Source: Octopus bimaculoides
Lineage: Eukaryota
Direction: 5' to 3'
DNA length: 64,000 nucleotides
NCBI RefSeq assembly: GCF_001194135.2
Contig: NC_068989.1
Span: 57,879,840-57,943,839 of the forward strand
The notes beneath the pieces were generated by a model. It made no database searches, was not told where the DNA came from, and saw only the letters and a list, made by a program, of their open reading frames with translations. The position numbers were made by a program, and so were the translations under genes. Positions 38,883-49,681 of the stretch are shown here, piece by piece; the stretch's first letter is position 1, and each line of letters begins with the position of its first letter.

Positions 38883-39135
38883 TATCAGTTCATTAAGAAT
38901 GAAATGTCCGATTTTGAACTGAAAGTAATGCAGTTAATCCAAGTGTGCACCTAAATTATTGACATTTTGCCATTTTATCGGTAGCTTATTTATGCCGGCA
39001 GCGAAGAATTCTGGAGAGCAAGTGGTGATGAAATCACAAAAGGCTGTTTTTGCATCTTCTTCAGATATGAAGTTTTTTTCCTTGCAAAAAGTTGTTTAAT
39101 GCTTGGAAAAAGTGACAGTCAGTTGAGTAGTAACT
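38883..39135 (-). mobile_element. Mariner C-terminal fragment
   Basis: Minus frame TDCHFFQALNNFLQGKNFISEEDAKTAFCDFI...FFAAGINKLPIKWQ. Confidence 0.75.
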
Positions 39136-40189
39136 TTTTATAGAAGAAGAGTTATATCCTACCAACATGTACAGTTTAAATTACCTGTCAGTTAATAAAA
39201 AGGTTATACACACTATTGCATTACCTTCAGCAGAATCCATTCATGCTCTCTCTCACTCACACAATTGTACAATATTTATAAAGAACTCAATACAAGAGGG
39301 AGAGTGTAATAAATATAATATAAATAATGAAGCTGAACAAAGTCAGGAATATTTTTCTACAGCATCTACTAAATTATTGAAATATAGTACAGGGAAAAAA
39401 TTTGATACAATATTGCATACATGGAAAAAAGTCTTTTTTTTTTGCGGGTGGGGGTGAGGAATTGTATGGAGAAATATAATGAGTTATTAGATATAAAAAT
39501 CTCTGGAGGCATTTTTAAATGAAAGAAATAATGGAGGTATGGCTGTATGGTTAAGAAATTATTTCCCAATTTCATGCTTTTAGGCTCAGTCCCACTGTAC
39601 AGTACCTTGGGCAAGTGTCTTCTACTATAGCCCCAAAATGACTAAAGCCTTGTGAGTGGAATTGGTAGATGGAAATAGAAGTCTGTCATGTGTGTGTTTG
39701 ATTCTTTGTTTTGACATCACATAATACCTGTAAATGAGTATCACTGTCATACATGCAGTGTCATTCATTTCCAATATTCTGCGAAAACATATCTGGCCAC
39801 AGAGGAAATATTACCTTGGCTGGAAACAGGTGTGAGTTGGTGACAGGAAGGGCATCTAGAAAATTTGGCTCAAAGTGTCCAACCCATGCAATTAAAGAAA
39901 ACTGAATGTTTAAAATGATAACAAATCTGCTCATTAACCGAGATTTGACAGTGTAATGGTGTAATGGAAGTATTTTAGATAAGGCTTTGAATAATTGATT
40001 TCAGGTAACAGAAGGTTTTATGGATGTATTGTAGAGACATGTGTCACTTATGAAAAGAGTAAAGAAAAATTAGAGTCAATATCAAGCAGTATATCCAGAC
40101 CCTTTACATAAAAACGGAATTCTAGAATATATCCACGAGTACTCCTGTCAACTGAGATCAATTAGTCAGTCTTGTTAGGTGTATGTATA

Positions 40190-40241
<52 letters not shown>

Positions 40242-40312
40242 TATATAAAATGGCACCTTGGGCTAACCAAAGCCTTGTGAGTGGATCTGGTAGACAGAAA
40301 CTAAAAGAAATT

Positions 40313-40350
<38 letters not shown>

Positions 40351-40467
40351 CTATCTATGTGTGTATGCGTTTGTCCCCCACCACTGCTTAACAACCAGTG
40401 TTGGTGTATTTATGTGCACATGATGTAGTGGTTCAGCAAAAGAGACTGATAGAATAAGTACCAGGTT

Positions 40468-40791
40468 NNNNNNNNNNNNNNNNNNNNNNNNNNNNNNNNN
40501 NNNNNNNNNNNNNNNNNNNNNNNNNNNNNNNNNNNNNNNNNNNNNNNNNNNNNNNNNNNNNNNNNNNNNNNNNNNNNNNNNNNNNNNNNNNNNNNNNNNN
40601 NNNNNNNNNNNNNNNNNNNNNNNNNNNNNNNNNNNNNNNNNNNNNNNNNNNNNNNNNNNNNNNNNNNNNNNNNNNNNNNNNNNNNNNNNNNNNNNNNNNN
40701 NNNNNNNNNNNNNNNNNNNNNNNNNNNNNNNNNNNNNNNNNNNNNNNNNNNNNNNNNNNNNNNNNNNNNNNNNNNNNNNNNNNNNNNNNNN
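40468..40791. other. Assembly gap (N run) between a SINE and an RTE 3' UTR (40792-41050)
   Basis: N characters with repeat flanks. Confidence 1.
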
Positions 40792-42465
40792 GCTCTTGTG
40801 TGGGTGACACATGAGGTTTCTCGAGCGAGATGAGCGTGGCCATTGCCAGTACCGCCTGACTGGCCTTCGTGCGGGTGACACGTAAAAGCACCCACTACAC
40901 TCTCTGAGTGGTTGGCGTTAGGAAGGGCATCCAGCTGTAGAAACACTGCCAAATCAGATTGGAGCCTGGTGTAGCCATCTGGTTTCACCAGTCCTCAGTC
41001 AAATCGTCCAACCCATGCTAGCATGGAAAGCGGACGTTAAACGACGACGACACACACACACATTAATTTCAGATACACATAAGTAGATGCTAGTGGGGAA
41101 AGAGATACAGCCTATCTCCCACTCCTTCATAGTCTCTTACAACCTGCACTCAAGAGCCCGTTCTCTCTGTCCCACTTACTTCAACCTACCTCATATCTTA
41201 AGGGCCTACCTAGAAACCTCACCACTACTTTTGTTCTGTTATAGGTCCTTCTTTCACACATTTACCCTTTGTCCCTAAGTATAAAGCTGCCCCCTCAGGG
41301 TTCGTACTCTTGCAAGCTGCATGGTGCCCTCACTAACCCTGGTGCCATGAAAAATGCATCAAGCACACACTGTAAAGTTGTTCGGTGTTCTTCAAATTTG
41401 ATTGAGGGTACCAGCTGTATAAGTTTATGCTTGATTGCGTTCTTCTCATAGAAACAAGAAGCAATGAAGCATAAACTCAGACAGGCAGCTTTCTTTAACA
41501 ACTAGGGCTGTCAATTTTTATATGGCTGTCACGCAAACTAACTGTGATAAACACCCACTATACGTTTAGAAAAGAGTAAAGGTCTAGGACTCCATATTTC
41601 CCTTCTTTTGAAAATGGTGAGATTTGCGAAACCATTAAGTAACTCTAAATAAATTTTAAAGAAGTTAAGAAGTGCTTTCTTAACTTCTTTTTTTTACATT
41701 TCAATTTCTGCAGAAAACCAACTTATTCTCCTGTATACACACTCAAATAGATACTAGTGGGCAAATAAGTACAGTCTGTATGTGCATATGCATAGGTAAT
41801 TAGACAAATGAATCAATACTATGTTTGCAAGCAAATAACTGGTTAAATGAGCATCTCCAAAGCATAATGAATATTCTTTTCCACTCTAGGTACAAGGCCT
41901 GAAATTTTTTTTTTTTTTTCAGTCAATTAGATTGACGGCAGTACACAAGTGGTACTTAATTTATTGACCCCGAGAGGATGAAAGGCAAAGTCAACCTTGG
42001 CAGAATTTGAACTCAGAACATGAAGACAGACGAAATACCACTAAGCATTTTGCCTGGTGTTCTAATGTTTCTGTCAGCTCACTGCCTTAGTATAGCGAAT
42101 ATTAAGTGGAGATAAGGCAGCATTTCATCTGTGTTTACATTCTGAGTTCAAATTCTGCCACGGTCAACTTAGCTTTTCATCCTTTCAGAGTCGAAATTGC
42201 TGGCCTTGTACCAAAATTCAAAAGCAATATTAAGTGGAGATAGAAGCTTCTATCTTTTCCCATCACACACCAACACACACACACACATGTACTACTATAA
42301 ATAAATGGAATGCTGGGATAGTGTGTAGTATGGTGATAAAGAGAAGTGAACGATTAGTAAGAGGGTGAACAATGGGAGCAGCAACCCCACACTATCCAGG
42401 GAATCAGAATGAAAGAAGAAAACAAAAAACTGAGTATCCTTAATAAATATTGCAATAGTGCTTAC

Positions 42466-42527
42466 CATTAGATAGTGCTCGCTGAAGCTCAAAACCAGTG
42501 ATATCGCCACTGCGGTTGGTGTCAATC
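42466..42527 (-). CDS. PDCD6: PDCD6 alternative (putative mutually exclusive) exon 2b: R-IDTNRSGDITGFELQRALSN-G
   Basis: Polypyrimidine acceptor ctcctcctccctactgtcttctcag, donor G|gtaagc. Exactly 62 bp, same phases as 2a, no stops, canonical EF-hand loop D-x-N-x-S-G-x-I-T-x-x-E. Not in the ORF track. Confidence 0.85.
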
Positions 42528-43553
42528 CTGAGAAGACAGTAGGGAGGAGGAGATGTTCTAGATTAAGTATGTACTACTAAATAACTATATACTAAACAGA
42601 CATGCATGATATATAGGAGTGATAGTGATTGATGGAAGAAAAAGGAAGATTCATAGATGGTAAATGTGATTTATGGAAAAGCTAAAGAAAATGTGCTTCA
42701 TGTGCATGTGCTTTTGTGTGCACAATTGTCTGGCTATGCGTCAATGCATGTGTAAGCAGGTTTGTGTTTAATATATATATATATATATATAGGGTATATG
42801 GGTCTACTGGCTAAATAAAAGAGAAAAGGGAGCAATTCCTGTCTCTGTTGCTCTTAATTTTTGCTTGTCTAAATTGTGTAACTTGAAAATAAATTCCATG
42901 AAGAAGTACTGTTTGCAATTATAAACATTAAGAATACTGCATTATTGTGTGGTGTACAAACATAGCTCTGTGGTTGAGAAGTGTGTTTTGAAACCACATG
43001 GTTTCAAGTTCAATCTCACTATATGGCACCTTCAGAAAGTGTCTTCAACCATAACATCTGGTTGACTAATGCCTTTACCAGCGAAATTTGCTGGATGGAA
43101 ACTGTGTGGAAGGCTGACATATATAAATATGTCTTATATCGATGTACATTAGCAAGGAAAACCAATAAAACAAGGGCTCCAAATACCTTTTAGTGTTGGT
43201 TCTATTAAAATTTCGTAGACAATTCTTTGTCACTCTTACTATTGCAAATGCAATGAATCAAGGACAAGCCCATAAACAACAACAGTTAAAATGTGATATA
43301 TATATATATATGGAAAATTGTTTCATTAACATGCAATGCTCAGATCTTTCAAAGAAAAGGGAATAGCTTGAAGAGAAAGTAGTTTTAACTTGTTGAGTAA
43401 TTTTAAAACACTGCAGAGTAATTAAATCCCCTTGAGAATGTATGTTGCACGTGCACACACACACAAATAGCTATAATTAGAAAAATGTTTGAATAATGTG
43501 TGAGAGTGAAAGTGAGTAAAACAAAAGGACTGAACTGAAATTTCCATCCTAAG

Positions 43554-43585
<32 letters not shown>

Positions 43586-44079
43586 CACATAAGGGCTTAA
43601 GGTGTATATTAACCCTTTAACATTCAGATTATGCTGTCAACTGTAATTCTTATTTATTCAAATTGTTTTCAATTAATCATGCATTATTGTGTAGCATTGA
43701 GATTTCAAAGATGTGATTGTTAATTTTTAGAATGACATTGTAAGGTATGTGTAAGTGGCTAGATCTGGCCAGTTTGAACATAAAGCAGAGTATAAGAGAA
43801 GTTTGTAGGTGGAAGTTTTAGTTCATGTTCTCATAACTGCATACACAGTCACAAAAGTATAAATTCCAGTGTGTATATGCATTATATATGTGTGTCTGCA
43901 TTAAGAGAATGTTTATATCAATGTGATGGAATGGGCTGCAATGTAAGATTATTTATAAATATACACACACTTCCTTCCCTCTGTCTGTGTTTGTGCTTCG
44001 GATGACTAAAGAGGCTGATTCTTGTATGGAAGCATCTATTGCAAAGTCCACAAGGGATCTGTGGTGGAGGCTTTGCGTG

Positions 44080-45325
44080 TTGCAGCCTCCATTTTCTATC
44101 TTGTCATTTCGTTTCTTTCTTCTGTTGTTCAGCTTCAAAATGATCTGTCACAGTGGAGATGGAATGATGCCAGCTAGGCCTGTCCTGATCTTCAATGTCC
44201 CAGGCTTTGGGATTGATTCCAGTCAGTTTTAGGCTTTGTTTCAACTGGTCCTTGTATTGATAGAGGGGACAGCCACAGAGCGTTCCTCCAGTGGAAAGTT
44301 CACCATATAAAATTTGACGAGGCAGCCTCGTTTCTTTCATTCATTCTTGCTACATGGCCCACCCACCTCAGATGATGTTTCAGGATGGTGGCCTTGATGC
44401 TGCTGCTTTTTGTTCTCTCCAGAATGGAGACATTGGTCACATAGTCGTTCCATTTGATATTCATAATAGAGTAGAGCTTCTGTTGATGAAATTGCTCTAG
44501 TTTTTTTATGTCACTTCTGTAAAGAGCCCAAGTTTCACAACCATAGAGGAGAGTGGAGATCATGACTGCTTGGTAGACACTCAATTTTGTTTGGTGGTTC
44601 AGATCTCTGTTCTTAAAAACTCTTTTCGCAAGTCCACCAAAAACAGTGTGAGCCACTATCAATCGGTTCTCCACGTCCTTTTCCGATATGCACTTGTTCA
44701 TAAGCAAACTTCCTAAGTATGAAAAGTGGTCGACTTTCTCCAGTGGCATCTCCGAGATAATAATGTTGAGGTCTGGAGTTTCTTGACTTAGAACAGGTTG
44801 TACCAGGATTTTTGCCTATTTGATCCCAACTTTTATGCCAAACCAAGTGTAAGCATTGATGAAGTTATTCACCAATTGTTGAAGCTGTTCAATGGACTGA
44901 CAGATTGCTGCATTGTCATCAGCATACTGAAGTCCAGTGATCTTTTGCTTCCTGGCCAGTCTTCGTGACTTCAATATGACAAGGTTGAAACATACCCCAA
45001 TATATCGGTACCTAATGTTGACTCCTGGATTGTCCAAAGGCAGTTCATGAAACATTGCTGCAAGGTACAGAGAGAAGAGCATCGGGGCCAAAACGCATCC
45101 TTGTTTTAATCCTCCAGTGATGGGGTTTTCAAACAGTTGGTTTTGATGGAAGATGGTTCTAGTCATACCATCAAGTAATTCCTGTACTAGGGAAATGAAT
45201 TGATCAGGGCAGCTGAAGCGTCGGAGGACCTCCCACATTGCAGGCCTTGGGACGGTATCAAAGGCCTTTCCAAGGTTGTAAAAAACAAAATAGAGAGTTT
45301 TTTGTTTTCTACGACCTTTGTTTTC
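44080..45325 (-). mobile_element. RTE-BovB-like LINE fragment (RT to C-terminus), decayed
   Basis: KAFDTVP, GLKQGCVLAPMLFSLY, LQYADD, FSYLGS, LRWVGHVARM and RLPRQILYGEL motifs. Confidence 0.88.
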
Positions 45326-45331
45326 TACATA

Positions 45332-46583
45332 TCAGGCTGAGTAAAAAGTAAGCAATGTTTTGAAACGTGAAATTCATCACAATATATTTCAACAATGCGG
45401 AAATTTTATCTATCAAAGTAAGTACCATTACAATCAACACATTTTTGTTTGCCAACTAGTTACAAGTTTGTTTATTCCGGTAACATAAAAATCTGGAGTC
45501 CTGGAGCTGATGAACTCTTTGAACGCACTTTCAGCATCGGTTTGATTTTTGAACTCCTCCTCTTGCAAGAATCCATCAAGGTGTTTGAAAAAGTGGTAGT
45601 CGGTAGGAGAAAGTTCTGGGGAATAAGCTAGGTCGAGAAGAACTACTATGAAGCCAAGTTCCCTCAACTTCTGGAGTGTCATTAGTGAAACGTGTAGTTG
45701 AGCATTGTCATGAAGACTGATTGGCCTTATTTTGTTGACCAGTCTGGGTTGGAGGTGTAGCAGTTTTTCATTCATTTTGGTAATTTCATAGTTATAGTGG
45801 ATGAATGAGTCCAGCAGTACACCACCAAAGAGTCCCCATAACCTTTTTGAAGAGCTTGGGTTTAGGGAAGGTTTTCGGTGCTTCATCTTGGTCCAACCAC
45901 TGCGAAGAATGTTTTTTATTATTGTACAGAATCCACCTTTCATTGCAAGCTACAATACGGTTGAGAAATGGATCGATCTGGTTATGGAGAAGAAGCAATG
46001 AGCAAATTCCATATCTGCGTATTTTCTGATTTTCATTCAAATCGTGTGGTACCCATTTGTCGAGCTTTTTTGATTTTCCGATCGCATGCAAATGGTTGCA
46101 GGCAATTTTCTGACTAAATTAAAGTTCTTTCACCAGTTCTCGAGTGGTTTTACATGGATCTTTCTCAATGACAGTCTTTAATTGACCACCATTGATGACA
46201 GATGGGCATCCACTATGCTCACGATCTTCAAGGCTCAGGTCACCACTGCGAAATCGTTTAAACCATTTTCAAGCTGACCACTCACTGGTCATTTCTTCAC
46301 CACATGCTTCGTTGATATTGCAAGCAGTTTCAGCTGCTTTAGGTCCTTTTTTGAAGTTGAATAGCAAAATTGCTCGAACATCGCACTTTGACAGTTCCAT
46401 TTCAGATGATTGTAATAATGGTGAAAAAAATATCAATGTTAATTTATTGATGCATTTGGGCAAGTCTATGTCTATATTATCAGACAACTGCAAAAAAAAT
46501 GTTTAAAAAAATTCAAAACTCTGCAAAAATCTGGTACAAATTCTTCATGGTTCAAAACCTTGCTTACTTTTTACTCAACCTGA
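45332..46583 (-). mobile_element. Full-length decayed mariner (Hsmar1/cecropia-like) with ~33-bp TIRs and TA TSD
   Basis: TA|tcaggctgagtaaaaagtaagcaa ... ttgcttactttttactcaacctga|TA. Transposase split over ORFs 46269-46493, 45792-46091 and 45434-45943 (YSPELSPTDYHFF). Confidence 0.93.
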
Positions 46584-47024
46584 TATATATATATAGATAG
46601 ATAGGTAGAAAGAGAGCGAGATAGATAGATAGGTAGAAAGAGAGCAAGAGAGACAGATAGATAGCTAGATAGATATGTATGTATATAACTTATATATTCG
46701 TTGATAGTAGTTTCCTGCAAGTCATTGTTTGATGGAATGACACTATTTCATATAAATTAACACATAAGATTACACACTTTCAACATAAAAATGTAATGAG
46801 CACTTCCATATTTTTGTACCATAACATATACAATGTGGAGTGGGATGGTGGTATGCATGGATGCGAAAATGGAAACCAAAGAAACAAAGTGAAGTGATCT
46901 GAAAAATTCAAACCACATCAATGAGGCGACCAAGACAATATCACAAACGAACAAATACTTACTTTACATATTAGTAAAGTTGTATCCATCATTTAGCACC
47001 TGGAGAAAATTTGTTTTCTTGATT

Positions 47025-47076
<52 letters not shown>

Positions 47077-47539
47077 TTTAGGGAAGTAGTAAAACGCCAG
47101 ACTAAATCATCATTTTCGTTTTAATGTCTGTTGGTATGGGCATCATTTTGTGAAGCTCAAATTTGAAGAACTAACTTTCACCACTTCTTACCCATGTCTT
47201 CCTCAATTCTCCTCCACTCTGATAACCTTCCACTGCCAGTGCATGATATTTTTCTTAAGCAGCACCCATTGGCCATTCACATTGTTTTGTTTATACCAGC
47301 ACAGATGTTTTTGTACACTCAACTTGATGTCCTTCAAAACCAGTTACTTTTGCAGCTTAATTGCAGTCCACCTTTCATACAGATTAACATTTCACATCTA
47401 ACCAATTCATATTTAACTCTCTTCACGAAAATCTTTCACATTTAGTATCAATATCTCCCTACTATACAGCATCACTTTTAAATATGTTTCATGTAGACTT
47501 CCTTCCTTCTAGGGGGAGGGAGAGAGAGAGAGAGAGAAA

Positions 47540-47900
47540 AAGAGAGGAAACCTTTCTTGCCAACAAAGATAACAGCTCTGTAAACGGCCTCCACACCACT
47601 TCTCTACAAACTGTACTCTCACTACAACCACTTTCAACAATAATTAGATCACCTAGGTTACTGAAACTTAACACCATCAGAGCCAGCACAGCAGTCATGG
47701 ACTCCATTTCAAAGGTGTCCTTAATGCAAACTATTCCCATTTCATCTAGCGCAATTGAAATCCTGGTTCTCTGTCAGTCTTCCGGAAAAACAAAGCATCT
47801 TTCATGTACTCATTGTCTGTACAGAGTAACATGTGCATATTACTTCTTTCCTACATGGGGAAAGGCTATTGAGCAATGCCATATTGTTACTCACTAGCCC
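47540..47900 (-). mobile_element. Old RTE relic covering the PHD-remnant/thumb region
   Basis: LSFSNLGDLIIVESGCSESTVCREVVWRPFTELLSLLARK aligns by eye to the younger RTE copies. Confidence 0.6.
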
Positions 47901-49236
47901 TTTCTGTTTTGCTATGGCCATTTGAATTTCCTTTGAAGTTTGGGTTTTTTCAACAAGGTTGAAAACTAACAGATTCTGCTTCGAGAACCAACATCCTTTT
48001 GTTACCAAATTTCTATTAATTTTGAAGATAATGAAACAACTTGGCTATTATTAAGCTGGTGGTTTGAAACAAATTACTATGGAATTCTGATAAAAAGTTT
48101 AAATTTATGGAGATGTACTTGCATAGCAAGTGACCTGATCTGAGATTGTGTGCTGGAACGAAAACAATTGCAGCACAGAATTTTGTCAGTGAACAGGTCG
48201 CGGTCTCAAAGTGACGAAAATATTTTGACAAATTAAATTTAAATGTTGAAGTGAATCTGACGGCTTTTGTGTGTTATTTTAAATGGCTTATAAACACCTT
48301 CCACGCTGCAATAGTTTAAATTTAGATTACTTTAAAGCAGGAGGTTTATATCATAAAACAAGGAACAGTCTCAAGTGGGTTGGTATCAAAAGAGTTAAAC
48401 TGAAAATCAAAGACTTCAGTCTTGAATTCCAGTGTTATTGCTTCAATAATTATATGGAATAGCAAGAAGCTAACCTAGAGCTTTAGTAAATGCCTACTAC
48501 AGCACTAAATTTATTCACCAACTTTGCTGCTAACTTTTCATGTTGGTGAAATCATTATACATAACATAGGGTGTGCTAAATACCTTTCACAAGACAGTTT
48601 TTTTTTTTTCCAGAATACACAATATGTACTGGACATTTTCAAAGGCATTTTGTGACTTTGAAAAATATTTAAATTCTTAAATGTAGAAAAGATGTATGTC
48701 ACGATTCCATTAGCAATACAGTATCTATGACTCAACTTTCTTATACAGCCATTCCTGATTATATTCCAAAAACTTGCTCCATCATTTTGATGTCTGTGAT
48801 GTTGTCCTTCTTAAAGTGCATCACATCTACCTTAGTAGTAGCTTATAAAAGTTGTTATTGATATGATCCTTCATTACCTGAGTAAATGGCACAGTAGCAT
48901 ATAAGGTGATGCTTTCAACATCCTGCTGGCAACTATCTCTGCTTTCATCACACTTGTTAATATTAGTGTTAAAACATTAAATGCAAGTGAACAACATCAA
49001 AAATCTAATTAGATATAATCGTGCAGTGAGAAAAAGACAATAATGGCTAGTTTAATAGTTGAAGCAACAACGGGAGATAACTCATGTGTCAGTCTCATCA
49101 CAGCAGTACATAAACTCCACAGTACAATATTGTACATTAGTAGGTGTGAAGAATTAGCATATTTTGGAAAGTGGTAATTTAAATAGTTTAATAACTCCTC
49201 TTAACCTAAATATTTGATACATTATTTACATTTGAC

Positions 49237-49360
49237 GGATATTTGTCCTCATCTTGTTTGTTGTTAACACGTTTCGGCTGATATACCCTCCAGTTTTCAT
49301 CAAGTGTCTTGGGGAAATTTCGAACCTGGGTTCTCATTCCTAAGGTATTTTTCGATGTTG

Positions 49361-49397
<37 letters not shown>

Positions 49398-49681
49398 TCA
49401 CTGCCTGGAGTCGAACTTGGAATCTTGGGATTAGTAGCTCACGCTCTTAACCACTACGCCATATGCCCGTGGGCATACGGCGTAGTGGTTAAGAGCGTGG
49501 GCTACTAACTCCAAGATTCCGAGTTCGATTCCAGGCAGTGACCTGAATAATAACAACATCGAAAAATACCTTAGGAGTGAGAACCCAGGTTCGAAATTTC
49601 CCCCAAGACACTTGATGAATGCTGGAGGGTATATCAGCCAAAACGTTGTGTTAACAACAAACAAGATGAGGACAAATATCC
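49237..49681. mobile_element. 445-bp near-perfect palindrome: two head-to-head tRNA-like heads, each followed by (AAT)n and a Penelope-like hammerhead-like tail
   Basis: Centre atgccc-gt-gggcat (49463-49476). The arms are reverse complements except for the (TTA)n length and a few substitutions. Confidence 0.9.

Noticed and set aside
46963-46999. 37-nt segment with ttttctccag acceptor and gtaagt donor as an extra PDCD6 exon or alternative start
   Set aside because: It introduces stops in either PDCD6 context, and its own ATG ends in phase 0, incompatible with exon 2b. At most a cryptic or poison exon, and such matches are expected by chance in 24 kb.
48878-48948. ATG...AG|gtaatg (MKAEIVASRMLKASPYMLLCHLL-R) as a private first exon for exon 2b
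   Set aside because: Phase is compatible, but it lacks resemblance to the ALG-2 N-terminus and E1 helix (FLWxxFQR), the donor is weak, and there is no CpG-rich promoter nearby.
49471-49545. tRNA genes (also heads at about 33430-33500 and 57840-57914)
   Set aside because: A and B boxes are present but no complete acceptor stem. Each continues into a SINE body, some with TSDs, so these are SINE heads.
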